A stretch of DNA of 64,000 bases, taken from assembly GCA_014190575.1 (NCBI GenBank), contig BJGQ01000006.1, forward strand, positions 1,681 to 65,680, in the 5' to 3' direction. This document shows, piece after piece, positions 50,739-60,745 of the stretch. Under the pieces are notes generated by a model. That model did no database searches. It was not told the origin of the DNA and saw only the letters and a program-made list of their open reading frames with translations. The DNA comes from Bacteroidota bacterium. Lineage in GTDB: Bacteria > Bacteroidota > Bacteroidia > Chitinophagales > UBA10324. Position numbers and translations under genes: made by a program. Position 1 is the first letter of the stretch. Each line of letters opens with the position of its first letter.

Positions 50739-51590
50739 TTATTTCAGGTATAAATCTGTGAGTACAAAAATTGAAAATACAATGCTGGCAATTCCGTTGG
50801 TAGTAGCGAAAGCAATATTCACTTTACTTAAATCTTCGGGCCTCACTAATTTTTGTTGATAAATTAGCAACATAATAAATATGAAAGCTCCGATCCAGTA
50901 ACTGATTCCGAAATTTCCGGAGTATCCTGCAATTAACATTACAGATGCAGAAATTAAATGAAGGCATCGCGAAAATGTAAGGGCATTTTTTTTCCCTAAC
51001 CAAACCGGAATGCTGAACAATTTTTCTTTTCGGTCAAATTCTTCATCCTGCAAAGCATAAATAATATCGAAACCCGAAACCCAACTCATCACAACAAAAG
51101 AAAATAAAACCGGCAGTAAACTGAATGTTCCTGTCACAGCGAGATATGCGCCTATAGGGGCAAGTGATAATCCAAGACCTAAAAACAAATGTGCAAGTGG
51201 GGTAAATCGCTTTGTGTAACTATAACCAAGTACAACGATTAAGGCAATGGGAGATAAATAAAAACACAACGGATTAATAAACCAGGTGATAACAACAAAA
51301 AGAAATGAAAAGAATAGAACAAACACAAATGCTGATGTTGAAGAAATTTTCCCCGCAGGAATTTCTCTGGTTGCCGTGCGAGGGTTTTTTGCATCAATCA
51401 TTCTGTCTGCAAAACGATTGAACCCCATTGCCGCGCTTCGTGCACAAACCATACATGCAACAACAAGTAAAAAAATTTTCCAACTAAAAAAATATTCTTC
51501 CTTTGAAATTGCCAGAAAATATCCAATCACTGCAAAGGGTAATGCGAATACAGTATGGCTGAATTTTATAAACGAAAAATATTTTTTCAT
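50739..51590 (-). CDS. UbiA-family prenyltransferase (MqnP-like subfamily)
   Basis: IKFSHTVFALPF, ARSAAM.FNR..D..ID..NPRT..R.IP.G, YSYTKRF, GFDIIYALQD. Confidence 0.85.
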   Translation of the reverse strand: MKKYFSFIKFSHTVFALPFAVIGYFLAISKEEYFFSWKIFLLVVACMVCARSAAMGFNRFADRMIDAKNPRTATREIPAGKISSTSAFVFVLFFSFLFVVITWFINPLCFYLSPIALIVVLGYSYTKRFTPLAHLFLGLGLSLAPIGAYLAVTGTFSLLPVLFSFVVMSWVSGFDIIYALQDEEFDRKEKLFSIPVWLGKKNALTFSRCLHLISASVMLIAGYSGNFGISYWIGAFIFIMLLIYQQKLVRPEDLSKVNIAFATTNGIASIVFSIFVLTDLYLK

Positions 51591-51593
51591 CTT

Positions 51594-52118
51594 TTATTTT
51601 TTCTTATCCAACACATTTGCAGTGAATTCAATCACGGTGAAATTCGGAATTGTATTAGCTGTAACATGAACTGCTTTGTGCTGTTTTCCACCTTTCCCTT
51701 CTGAATTAAAAACCACGCTGATTATCCCTTCGTTGCCGGGCATAATCGGTTCTTTTGAGTATGAGGGGATTGTGCATCCACAAGAAGCTTTAGCGCTTCT
51801 GATTACCAAGGGATTTTTTCCTGTATTTTTTAATTTAAATTCATGAGTGACTATATCACCTTCATATATATCTCCGAAGTTGAAAATTTCCTCAGCGAAC
51901 TCAATAGAAGTAAGAGTTGAATCATTGAGCCGTTGATTGGCAATTGGATTTTGGCCCATCATATTTTGCATTGGACCGGCATTATTTTTATTTTCAATAA
52001 AGTTAGAAGGGAATTGTGGTTCTTTTGGTAATACAAGCCGCAATATTTCTACTACTGCAATTGCAAAAAAACTCAGTGCAATAACAATTAACGCAATCGT
52101 TTTTAAATTTTCTTTCAT
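51594..52118 (-). CDS. DUF1573-domain membrane-anchored protein
   Basis: FNFGDI, F.LKNTG..PLVI, ASCGCT.P, I.PG; real start probably ATG 52118. Confidence 0.85.
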   Translation of the reverse strand: MKENLKTIALIVIALSFFAIAVVEILRLVLPKEPQFPSNFIENKNNAGPMQNMMGQNPIANQRLNDSTLTSIEFAEEIFNFGDIYEGDIVTHEFKLKNTGKNPLVIRSAKASCGCTIPSYSKEPIMPGNEGIISVVFNSEGKGGKQHKAVHVTANTIPNFTVIEFTANVLDKKK

Positions 52119-52124
52119 GCAGCG

Positions 52125-52132
52125 CAAATTTA
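52125..52132 (-). promoter_or_regulatory. -7 box for DUF1573-ubiA-ruvX-def
   Basis: TAAATTTG-CGCTGC-ATG on the minus strand. Confidence 0.65.
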
Positions 52133-52140
52133 TATCAGCA

Positions 52141-53838
52141 TTATTGCTTTGCCGCCATGGAACCAATTTTTGATTTACGAATGGTAAAATATTCTTCCAG
52201 TTCATTAACATTTCTTGAATTGAAAGTCATTTTTTGAGTGAGCATTCCTTTGCGTGCAGCCAGTGTTCCATAATAAATATCATGAATACCAGAAAGGTTA
52301 TGAGCATCCGGATTAATACTTATTTCTACTCCTAAAGAAATTGCAAATTGTATCCATCGCCAATCTAAATCTAACCGCCATGGGTGTGCGTTAATTTCAA
52401 TTACAACATTATTTTTTGCCGCAACTTCTATCACCGCTTTGTGATTAATCGGATACCCGATTCGCGAAAGAAGTAATCTTCCGGTAGGGTGACCAAGTAT
52501 TGTTGTATATGGATTTTCAATGGCACGAATCAATCGTTCTGTTGCTTTCTCTTCACTCATTTTAAAGTTTTGGTGAATGGATGCAATCACAAAATCAAAT
52601 CGTGAAAGAATATCTTCATTATAATCAAGCGAGCCGTCACCTAAAATGTCTGATTCAATTCCCTTGAAAATTTTAAAAGGCGAAAGCCTTTGATTCAACT
52701 TATTTATTTCACTATGTTGTTGCAAAACCTGTTCAGCTGAAAGACCACTTGCATATGTAGCAGATTTTGAATGGTCGCTTATGCATAAATATTCGTAACC
52801 CAATTTCATGCTGTAACGAGCCATTTCTTCAATCGTATTATTTCCATCGCTCCATTTGGAGTGAGCATGTACTACACCCTTTATTTCTTTCATTTCAATT
52901 AACTGAGGCAATTTATTTTCCGTAGCTAATTCAATTTCATTTATTCCTTCTCGCAGTTCAGGTAGAATGAAACTTAATCCTGCTGATTGGTAAATTTCTT
53001 CTTCACTTGAAAAATGTTTTGAATCAAAATCAGAAATTCTTTTTTTAACATCTTCCACATGAACTTCATTTCCGGTAGTGATGAAAAGGTTTTTATAGAA
53101 ATTATTTTTTTCTGAAAATGAAATTTGAAACAAAGTTCCTTCAGTTGTTTTTGCATGAATGGTGTTTTCAATTTCTTGCAGCTGATCGAACTGAGATTCA
53201 TTCAACATTTCCATCACTTCTTCCAATGGAGCAGAAGTCAGCAGATCAATTTTATCCAACACCTCATAATATCGACGAAACTCCCCAGTAAATGAAATTT
53301 CTTCATCAGTAAAATATTTTTTCAGCAATTGAAACATCAATAAACTTTCTTGCTCCACTTCGGCATAACGGAATTTATTTTTGTGCTTCTGATAAAACTG
53401 AATATTTTCTAAAACTGTTTTTTGTGTTTTCTCCCCGAAACCTTTCAGTAAACTCAATCTGTTTTCGAGGCAGGCATATTTCAATTCATCAATGGTTTCA
53501 ATTTCCAGTTCTTTCCAAATGGTTGAAACTTTTTTCGGACCAATGCCCTTTATGCTCATCATCTCTACAACACCTGAAGGAGTTTTTTCCAACAACTCAT
53601 CCAATAGTTTTATGTGACCAGTTGAAAGAAGCGATTGAATTTTTTGTTTTATTGCTACACCGATAGAAGGAATTGTATCCATTTCTTCAGATGTCATTTC
53701 ACTCAATTCACCATTTAATTTGCTGATATTATAAGAAGCGGATAAATATGATTTTGCCTTAAATGAATTTTCTCCATGCAATTCCATGAGCTTGCCAAGC
53801 AATTCAAAAGCAGATTCTATTTCGGAATTTGTAACCAT
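52141..53838 (-). CDS. polX: DNA polymerase X / PHP 3'-5' exonuclease (non-canonical polymerase site)
   Basis: GEN.FK, HhH GIGPKK and GFGEKT, PELRE; PHP motifs HAHS.WSDG, DHS, ESDI, HPTGR, NPDAH. Confidence 0.92.
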   Translation of the reverse strand: MVTNSEIESAFELLGKLMELHGENSFKAKSYLSASYNISKLNGELSEMTSEEMDTIPSIGVAIKQKIQSLLSTGHIKLLDELLEKTPSGVVEMMSIKGIGPKKVSTIWKELEIETIDELKYACLENRLSLLKGFGEKTQKTVLENIQFYQKHKNKFRYAEVEQESLLMFQLLKKYFTDEEISFTGEFRRYYEVLDKIDLLTSAPLEEVMEMLNESQFDQLQEIENTIHAKTTEGTLFQISFSEKNNFYKNLFITTGNEVHVEDVKKRISDFDSKHFSSEEEIYQSAGLSFILPELREGINEIELATENKLPQLIEMKEIKGVVHAHSKWSDGNNTIEEMARYSMKLGYEYLCISDHSKSATYASGLSAEQVLQQHSEINKLNQRLSPFKIFKGIESDILGDGSLDYNEDILSRFDFVIASIHQNFKMSEEKATERLIRAIENPYTTILGHPTGRLLLSRIGYPINHKAVIEVAAKNNVVIEINAHPWRLDLDWRWIQFAISLGVEISINPDAHNLSGIHDIYYGTLAARKGMLTQKMTFNSRNVNELEEYFTIRKSKIGSMAAKQ

Positions 53839-53853
53839 AAAATAATTTGGTTA

Positions 53854-53861
53854 CAAAAATA
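53854..53861 (-). promoter_or_regulatory. -7 box for polX
   Basis: TATTTTTG on the minus strand, 15 nt before ATG. Confidence 0.6.
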
Positions 53862-53868
53862 ACATCAC

Positions 53869-55425
53869 TTACTTCGAAGTCAATCGCACAACAGGACAAA
53901 TCATTTCTTCCATGCTTAAACCACCATGCTGAAAAGTATTTCGGAAGTGATTGACATGATAATTATAGTTGTTCGGATAAACGAAAAATGTATCAGCTTT
54001 TGCAAATATGAAAGTACTGCTCACATGTGGCTTCGGTAATTTTGCTTCCAATGGATTGCGCACTTCAAAAACTTCACGCGGATTGTAATTTAAATTTCTA
54101 CCGTGCTTGTAACGAAGGTTGGTTGTGGTTTCTCTGTCGCCAATAACTTTCACAGGTTCTTTCACTCGAATGCTTCCATGGTCTGTAGAGATAATAATGT
54201 TCACTTTTTTTTCTGCTAGCTTCATGAGTGCTTGATATAATGGTGAATGCTCAAACCAAGAAAGTGTAATGGAGCGATAAGAAGTTTCATCGTTCGCTAA
54301 TTCTTTCAATACCTGCATTTCTGTTCGTGCATGCGATAACAAGTCAACGAAATTATAAACGATAACATTGAATGGGTTTTGCAACAAGTTGTGAATGTTG
54401 TCAACCATTTTTTGTCCGTCGGTAGAGTTGGTAATCTTAGTGTACGAAAATTTTATATCCTTCTTACTTCGTACAATCAGGTCGCCGAGAAAATCCTGTT
54501 CGTGCAAATTTTTTCCGCCTTCTTCTTCATCGTTCAACCAGTAATTCGGAAATTTCTTTTCAATGTCGAGCGGAGTCATACCTGCAAAAATTGCGTTTCG
54601 ACTGTACTGTGTACTTGTTGGAAGAATGGAATAATAAAAGTCTTCGGTATTCACTCTGAAATTTTCGCTAAGCAATGGTTGAATAATTTTCCATTGGTCG
54701 AAACGAAGATTATCAATGAGAACAAAAAATGTAGGAGTTTCATCATTAATAAATGGTAAAACTTTTTCGCTCATTAAAGTATGAGAGAGTATCGGTGCTG
54801 TTTCATCGGGTTTGTTCAGCCACTTGATATAATTTTTCGAAACGAATTTGCAAAACTCACTGTTGGCTTCACTCTTCTGCATATTCAACACATCGCGCAT
54901 GTCGTTACTTTTCGATTTATCCAATTCCAATTCCCAGTAAATCAACTTGCGATATAAATCTCCCCACTCTTGCTGATTCAAACCATTGCTCATTTGCATC
55001 ATGATTTGCTGAAACTCCTTCTGATAATCAGAAGTGGTTTTTGAACTGATGAGCTGTCGGCTGTCGAGAATTTTTTTTAGTGTCAGTAAAATCTGATTGC
55101 TCTTTACCGGCTTAATCAGGTAGTCACTTATTTGCGAACCGATTGCCTGCTCCATTAAATTCTCTTCTTCGTTTTTCGTAATCATCACAATGGGCAACGC
55201 GGGATGAAGTGCTTTTATTCGGGAAAGAGTTTCCAAGCCGCTCAGTCCGGGCATTTGTTCATCCAGAAAAACCACATCAATAATCTGGTCCTTGCATTTT
55301 TCAATGGCATCCACACCATTACTGGCTTCAATGATATTGTATCCTTTTTCGCTAAGGAAAAGCAGGTGCGGTTTCAATAATTCAATTTCATCGTCGCACC
55401 AAAGTATTGTGGCTAGGCTACTCAT
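53869..55425 (-). CDS. porX: PorX-type response regulator with PglZ/alkaline-phosphatase domain
   Basis: ILWCDDEIELLKPH, FLDEQMPG, IDNLRFDQW, ILPT.TQY.RNAIF.G, TDHG, TFQHGG.S.EEM; start ATG 55425. Confidence 0.92.
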   Translation of the reverse strand: MSSLATILWCDDEIELLKPHLLFLSEKGYNIIEASNGVDAIEKCKDQIIDVVFLDEQMPGLSGLETLSRIKALHPALPIVMITKNEEENLMEQAIGSQISDYLIKPVKSNQILLTLKKILDSRQLISSKTTSDYQKEFQQIMMQMSNGLNQQEWGDLYRKLIYWELELDKSKSNDMRDVLNMQKSEANSEFCKFVSKNYIKWLNKPDETAPILSHTLMSEKVLPFINDETPTFFVLIDNLRFDQWKIIQPLLSENFRVNTEDFYYSILPTSTQYSRNAIFAGMTPLDIEKKFPNYWLNDEEEGGKNLHEQDFLGDLIVRSKKDIKFSYTKITNSTDGQKMVDNIHNLLQNPFNVIVYNFVDLLSHARTEMQVLKELANDETSYRSITLSWFEHSPLYQALMKLAEKKVNIIISTDHGSIRVKEPVKVIGDRETTTNLRYKHGRNLNYNPREVFEVRNPLEAKLPKPHVSSTFIFAKADTFFVYPNNYNYHVNHFRNTFQHGGLSMEEMICPVVRLTSK

Positions 55426-55482
55426 AGTATAATTACTTTTGCCTGCGAATTTAGTTGTTACAGTTGCATCCTTCATTAACAT

Positions 55483-55490
55483 TATTTTTG
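55483..55490 (+). promoter_or_regulatory. -7 box for the HD gene
   Basis: TATTTTTG-TTTC-GTG. Confidence 0.6.
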
Positions 55491-55494
55491 TTTC

Positions 55495-56721
55495 GTGAAT
55501 AAAAGAAAAATCATCAACGACCCGGTTTACGGATTTATTACAATTCCTTCAGAAATAATTTTCGATATAATCGAACATCGTTGGTTTCAACGATTGAGAA
55601 GGATACAGCAATTGGGATTAACAAGTTTGGTTTATCCGGGTGGAAATCATACTCGATTTCAGCATACAGTCGGAGCCATGCACCTGATGACACAAACATT
55701 GGAAGTGCTTCGTTCAAAAGGAATTTTAATTACTGAAGAAGAAGGAGAAGCAGTGGTGATTGCAATTTTAATGCACGACATTGGTCACGGACCATTCTCT
55801 CATACACTCGAAAAAACTATTGTGCAGGGAGTAAGTCATGAAGAATTATCTGCGCTGTTTATGGAGCGGTTGAATAAAGAATTTAAAGGAAAACTTTCAT
55901 TGGCCATAAAAATTTTTCAGGATAAATACAAAAAGAAATTTCTGCATCAGTTGGTAAGCGGCCAATTAGATATGGACAGATTGGATTACCTGAACCGCGA
56001 TAGTTTTTTCACAGGAGTGGCAGAAGGTGTAATTGGTTACGATAGAATTATTAAAATGCTTTCGGTTCACAAAGGAGAATTGGTGGTGGAGGCAAAAGGA
56101 ATTTATAGCATCGAAAAATTTATTGTATCGCGTCGATTGATGTACTGGCAAGTATACTTACATAAAACTGTTTTGGTGGCTGAACAAATGTTGGTTCGGA
56201 TTTTACAAAGGGCAAGAGAATTAAGTATAAACGGGTCTGAAATTTTCGGTTCACCCGCACTTCATTTCTTTATTTCAGGAAACATTACTACAAAAGATTT
56301 TTATCAAAGCGATAATGTGTTTGAACAGTTTGCATTGCTGGATGATACCGATGTAATGAATGCAATAAAAGTGTGGCAGACACATGACGATAAAGTGCTT
56401 TCGTACCTGAGTAAATGTTTAATCAACCGGAAATTATTTCACATTGAATTGCAGTCACAACCATTCACTCAAAATAAAATTGAATCACTGCAATGGAAAA
56501 TCGCAAAGAAATTTGTGATAGAAAAAACAGACTTGCAATATTTATTAATTGAAGAATCAACGAGTAACAATGCTTACAGCCGTAAGGGCGATGCGATTAA
56601 AATTTTATTGAAAGATGGAAAAGTAAAAGACATTGCTGAGGCGTCAGACCAATTAAATATTTCTGTTTTGTCAGAACCGGTTGTTAAATATTACATGTGC
56701 TGGCCGAAGGAGATTAAATAG
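55495..56721 (+). CDS. HD-domain phosphohydrolase (SAMHD1/YwfO-like)
   Basis: DPVYG, FQRLRRIQQLG, HTRFQH, HDIGHGPFSH, LDMDRLDYL.RD, MY.QVY.H. Confidence 0.92.
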   Translation: MNKRKIINDPVYGFITIPSEIIFDIIEHRWFQRLRRIQQLGLTSLVYPGGNHTRFQHTVGAMHLMTQTLEVLRSKGILITEEEGEAVVIAILMHDIGHGPFSHTLEKTIVQGVSHEELSALFMERLNKEFKGKLSLAIKIFQDKYKKKFLHQLVSGQLDMDRLDYLNRDSFFTGVAEGVIGYDRIIKMLSVHKGELVVEAKGIYSIEKFIVSRRLMYWQVYLHKTVLVAEQMLVRILQRARELSINGSEIFGSPALHFFISGNITTKDFYQSDNVFEQFALLDDTDVMNAIKVWQTHDDKVLSYLSKCLINRKLFHIELQSQPFTQNKIESLQWKIAKKFVIEKTDLQYLLIEESTSNNAYSRKGDAIKILLKDGKVKDIAEASDQLNISVLSEPVVKYYMCWPKEIK

Positions 56722-56774
56722 GATCGATTTTTACTCCTCTTTCATTTAGCCGTTTATAAATTATTTTAGCGCCC

Positions 56775-57827
56775 ATGAATTTTACAGCAGGCGAATTATG
56801 CCATTGGTTAAATGGTCGCCTTGAAGGAAATCCTGAAGTAGTAATCACTCATCCATCTGGTATTGAAGATGCGAATGAAGGGTCTGTATCATTCATTGCC
56901 AATCCGAAATATTTGGAACACGCAGCAACCACTAAAGCATCTGTGTTGTTGCTTGCTGAGTCAGCACCGATTGGAAAAACAAAAGTGACATCAATCATTC
57001 GTGTGACTGAACCCTATATTGCTTTTGCTCGTGTGATGCAGAAATTCAGCACAGCATTGGCCGATAAAACAGGAATAGAACAACCAAGTTACATTTCACC
57101 AACAGCCAAAATCGGCTGTGATGTATACATAGGTGCATTTGCACATATTGGTGATAACGCGATTATAGAAGATGGAGTAAAAATTTTTCCGAACACAACT
57201 ATTGGTGACCGGTGCGAAATAAAAAAAGGTACTATTATTTATGCAGGAGTAAAAATATATGCCGATATAAAAATCGGGGAGCGATGCATTGTTCATGCAG
57301 GAGTGGTAATTGGCAGTGATGGGTTTGGGCACGCGCCTTTGCCCGATGGTTCGTACATGAAAATTCCTCAGTTGGGAAATGTGATTATAGAAGATGATGT
57401 GGAGATAGGTTCTAACTCAACCATTGACCGCGCAACAATGGGAAGCACCATCATTCACAGCGGAGTGAAGATTGATAACCTCGTGCAGATTGCACACAAT
57501 GTAGAAATAGGTGAGTATACAGTAATAGCGGCGCAAACCGGAATATCAGGTTCCACAAAAATCGGAAAAAAATGTTTGATTGGTGGCCAGGTTGGTTTTG
57601 TTGGGCACATTATTATTGCCGACGGAACACGAATCAACGCGCAGAGTGGAGTATCAAAAAGCATTAAAGATCCCGGCAAAGCATTCACGGGTTCTCCTGC
57701 TTTTAATTATACTGAATCATTGCGTTCGCAAGTTGTCTTTCGTCACTTACCTTCGCTGCGTTTAAAAATTGAACAGCTCGAAAAAGAATTGGAAAACTTA
57801 AAGAAGAACAGGTTAGCAGAAAAATGA
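56775..57827 (+). CDS. lpxD: UDP-3-O-acylglucosamine N-acyltransferase
   Basis: Hexapeptide repeats; IGSDGFG, KIPQLG, IDR, KIDNLVQIAHN. Confidence 0.96.
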   Translation: MNFTAGELCHWLNGRLEGNPEVVITHPSGIEDANEGSVSFIANPKYLEHAATTKASVLLLAESAPIGKTKVTSIIRVTEPYIAFARVMQKFSTALADKTGIEQPSYISPTAKIGCDVYIGAFAHIGDNAIIEDGVKIFPNTTIGDRCEIKKGTIIYAGVKIYADIKIGERCIVHAGVVIGSDGFGHAPLPDGSYMKIPQLGNVIIEDDVEIGSNSTIDRATMGSTIIHSGVKIDNLVQIAHNVEIGEYTVIAAQTGISGSTKIGKKCLIGGQVGFVGHIIIADGTRINAQSGVSKSIKDPGKAFTGSPAFNYTESLRSQVVFRHLPSLRLKIEQLEKELENLKKNRLAEK

Positions 57828-59224
57828 TTATCAGGCAGCGCACCATCAATAAACCTGTTTCACTTTCCGGTAAAGGATTACACACCGGCATGCCTGCAAC
57901 TATCACATTTAAACAAGCTCCACCCAATCATGGGTTTGTTTTTAAGCGTGTGGATTTGCCCGGAAACAATACGATTAAAGCAGATGTTGATTTTGTTGTG
58001 GACACTTCTCGTGGAACCACCATTGAAAACAAAGGAGTAAAAGTTCATACCATAGAACATGTACTTGCCGCATTGGTTGGAGCTGAGTTAGATAATGTGT
58101 TGATTGAAATTAATGGTCCTGAAGTTCCGATTATGGATGGAAGTTCATCCGCTTTTATTGATGCATTTTATGAATCTGGAATTATTGAACAGGAAGCCAT
58201 CCGACATTACATAAAGCTATCTGGAGATATTTCGCATTACGATTCGGAGAAAAATGTGCACATGAATGCATCGCCTGCCGATAATTTTAAAGTGGATGTT
58301 ACTATTGATTACGATTCAAATGTTTTAGGTAAACAGGAAGCGAGCTTAGGAAATATTTCAGAATTCAATAAAGAAATTGGCCAAGCAAGAACTTTTTGTT
58401 TTCTTCACGAAATCGAAGGACTGGTAAAAAAGAATTTAATAAAGGGAGGCGACCTCGACAATGCAATTGTGGTAGTGGAACAAAAACCCGATGCAGAAAC
58501 ACTCGCCAAGTTGAACAAGCTTTTTGACCGTGTGGATGTGAAGGTGAACAAAGAAGGATATTTAAACAATACTGAATTACGATACGATAATGAACCCGCA
58601 AGACACAAGTTGTTGGATGTAGTTGGCGACCTCGCACTCATTGGTTCTCCGGTTAGAGCGCACATTACAGGTTCGCGCCCGGGGCATTCAACAAATGTTG
58701 CTTTTGCAAAAAAAATAAAGTCAATGATTAAAGAAATGAAAAACGGAAAAATGGCTCCATTCTATGATCCTAACACTCCGCCCGTTTATGACATCAGGCA
58801 GATTGAAAGAATTCTACCTCACCAATATCCATTTTTATTGGTTGATAAAATTATAGAAATCACTGATCACAGTGTGGTGGGAATAAAGAATGTGACCTTC
58901 AACGAAAATTATTTCCAAGGACACTTCCCTGGAAATCCTGTAATGCCGGGTGTTTTGCAAATAGAAGCAATGGCTCAAACCGGAGGAATATTAGTTATGA
59001 GCACATTGGAAGACCCAGAACATTGGGATACTTACTTTTTAAAAATCGATAATGCACGATTCAAAAATAAAGTAGTACCAGGTGATACATTGGTAATGAA
59101 ATTAGAACTGCTCTCGCCAATTCGCCGCGGTATTTGCGAAATGCATGGAAAAATTTATGTCGGAAATAAAATTGTAACTGAGGCTGACCTAGTTGCGCAA
59201 ATTGTTCGCAAGCAGCCAATCTAA
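57824..59224 (+). CDS. lpxC: Bifunctional LpxC deacetylase / FabZ dehydratase
   Basis: G.GLHTG, TIEHVLAA, ARTF, RHKLLD..GDL; C-terminal LPH.YPFLLVD, GHFPG.PVMPGVL..EAMAQ. Confidence 0.96.
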   Translation: MIIRQRTINKPVSLSGKGLHTGMPATITFKQAPPNHGFVFKRVDLPGNNTIKADVDFVVDTSRGTTIENKGVKVHTIEHVLAALVGAELDNVLIEINGPEVPIMDGSSSAFIDAFYESGIIEQEAIRHYIKLSGDISHYDSEKNVHMNASPADNFKVDVTIDYDSNVLGKQEASLGNISEFNKEIGQARTFCFLHEIEGLVKKNLIKGGDLDNAIVVVEQKPDAETLAKLNKLFDRVDVKVNKEGYLNNTELRYDNEPARHKLLDVVGDLALIGSPVRAHITGSRPGHSTNVAFAKKIKSMIKEMKNGKMAPFYDPNTPPVYDIRQIERILPHQYPFLLVDKIIEITDHSVVGIKNVTFNENYFQGHFPGNPVMPGVLQIEAMAQTGGILVMSTLEDPEHWDTYFLKIDNARFKNKVVPGDTLVMKLELLSPIRRGICEMHGKIYVGNKIVTEADLVAQIVRKQPI

Positions 59225-59292
59225 TTGCAACCAAATTGATAACAACAAAGTCTGTCAACAAAAATCTAAATCCGGAAAAGCGAAAACCTACT

Positions 59293-60093
59293 ATGATATC
59301 AAACCTCGCTTCAATTCATACAAGTGCTAAGATTGGAAACAATGTAACTATTGAGCCATTTGCTTTTATAGCTGCGAATGTTGAGATTGGTGAAGGAACA
59401 TGGATTGGTCCTAATTCAAGCATTATGGATGGAGCTCGAATTGGAAATAATTGTAAAATATTTCCAGGTGCAGTCATCAGTGGTGAACCACAGGATTTAA
59501 AATTTGAAGGAGAAGAAACCATAACAATTATAGGAGATAATACCATCATCCGCGAATGTGTAACAGTAAATCGCGGAACCAAGTGGAGTTATAAAACCGA
59601 AGTTGGAAACAATTGTTTGCTCATGGCTTACTCGCATGTGGCACATGATTGTGTGATTGGAAATAATGTTGTGCTTGCGAATAATGTGAACCTTGCCGGG
59701 CATATAATTATTGAAGACTTTGTAAATATCGGAGGGGTTTCTGCTGTTCAGCAATTTTTAAAAATCGGAACGCAATCATTTATAACTGGTGGAAGTTTGG
59801 TTAGGAAAGATGTTCCTCCATTTATTAAAGCTGCACGAGAACCATTGTCCTATGCAGGAGTAAATTCAGTTGGTTTAAAGAGAAGAGGATACAGCGCTGA
59901 ATCAATTGCTGAGATTCATAATATTTACCGAATCATTTTTATTGAGCACGATAATGTAACTAAAGCGCTTGATGTTTTAGAAGAAAAATTTCAATCATCT
60001 CCTGAGCGCGATGCTATCTTAAAATTTATCCGTGGATCCGAAAAGGGAATTATCAAGGGTTATGATTCCATTGTAAATGAAGATAACTCTTAA
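59293..60093 (+). CDS. lpxA: UDP-N-acetylglucosamine O-acyltransferase
   Basis: PQDLKF, IRE.VT.NRGT, HVAHDC, LAGH, KDVPP, N.VGLKRRG; start ATG 59293. Confidence 0.96.
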   Translation: MISNLASIHTSAKIGNNVTIEPFAFIAANVEIGEGTWIGPNSSIMDGARIGNNCKIFPGAVISGEPQDLKFEGEETITIIGDNTIIRECVTVNRGTKWSYKTEVGNNCLLMAYSHVAHDCVIGNNVVLANNVNLAGHIIIEDFVNIGGVSAVQQFLKIGTQSFITGGSLVRKDVPPFIKAAREPLSYAGVNSVGLKRRGYSAESIAEIHNIYRIIFIEHDNVTKALDVLEEKFQSSPERDAILKFIRGSEKGIIKGYDSIVNEDNS

Positions 60094-60694
60094 GTCGATC
60101 GGCAAGCGATATAATTATGAGTGGATATTCCGGAATCTGAATTCCACTTTTCAATCCGAAAAATCATACGCAATACTTGGCCCGAACGGAAGTGGGAAAT
60201 CAACTATGTTGCAGGTTATTGCAGGAAACATTATTCCATCAACCGGTGAAATTTTTTATTTCGAAAATGAAAATAAAATTGAACCTGAAAATTTTTACAA
60301 GTACATAAGTATCGCTGCACCTTATCTTGAATTACCTGAAGAAATGACCTTGGAAGAACTGCTTCATTTCCATTCAGGATTTAAAAAATTCTACCAGAAC
60401 CTTTCCATCCCCAATATTATTCAGTTAAGTGGGTTTGAAAGATCTGTTTCACGCCAGATAAAACATTACTCATCAGGAATGAAGCAACGGGCGAAGCTAC
60501 TATTGGCGATTTTTTCAGAAACTTCTGTTTTGTTGCTAGATGAACCAACTACTAATCTTGATGAACAGGGTGTACTATGGTGGAAAAATTTAATGAATCA
60601 ATTTACAAAAAACCGATTAGTGATTATTGCTTCCAACATCGAGAGGGAATATGAAGCGTGCGATGAAAAAATATTAATCGGCGATTATAAGTAA
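60077..60694 (+). CDS. Stand-alone ABC ATP-binding protein
   Basis: GPNGSGKS, YSSGMKQR, LLLDEP; H-loop position is Asn (IASN). Confidence 0.88.
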   Translation: MKITLKSIGKRYNYEWIFRNLNSTFQSEKSYAILGPNGSGKSTMLQVIAGNIIPSTGEIFYFENENKIEPENFYKYISIAAPYLELPEEMTLEELLHFHSGFKKFYQNLSIPNIIQLSGFERSVSRQIKHYSSGMKQRAKLLLAIFSETSVLLLDEPTTNLDEQGVLWWKNLMNQFTKNRLVIIASNIEREYEACDEKILIGDYK

Positions 60695-60745
60695 CTGAAC
60701 GAATCTATATTTTATAAGAACAATACTTTTTTCATCTTTGACACA

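Noticed and set aside
53869-55425. PglZ domain as a sign of a BREX defence system
   Set aside because: It is fused to a receiver domain (PorX architecture) and no brx/pgl genes are present
55495-56721. HD protein as an antiviral dNTPase
   Set aside because: It lies in the usual core position before lpxD, with no defence-island context
57824-59224. LpxC-FabZ fusion as a novelty
   Set aside because: This fusion is the standard arrangement in Bacteroidota
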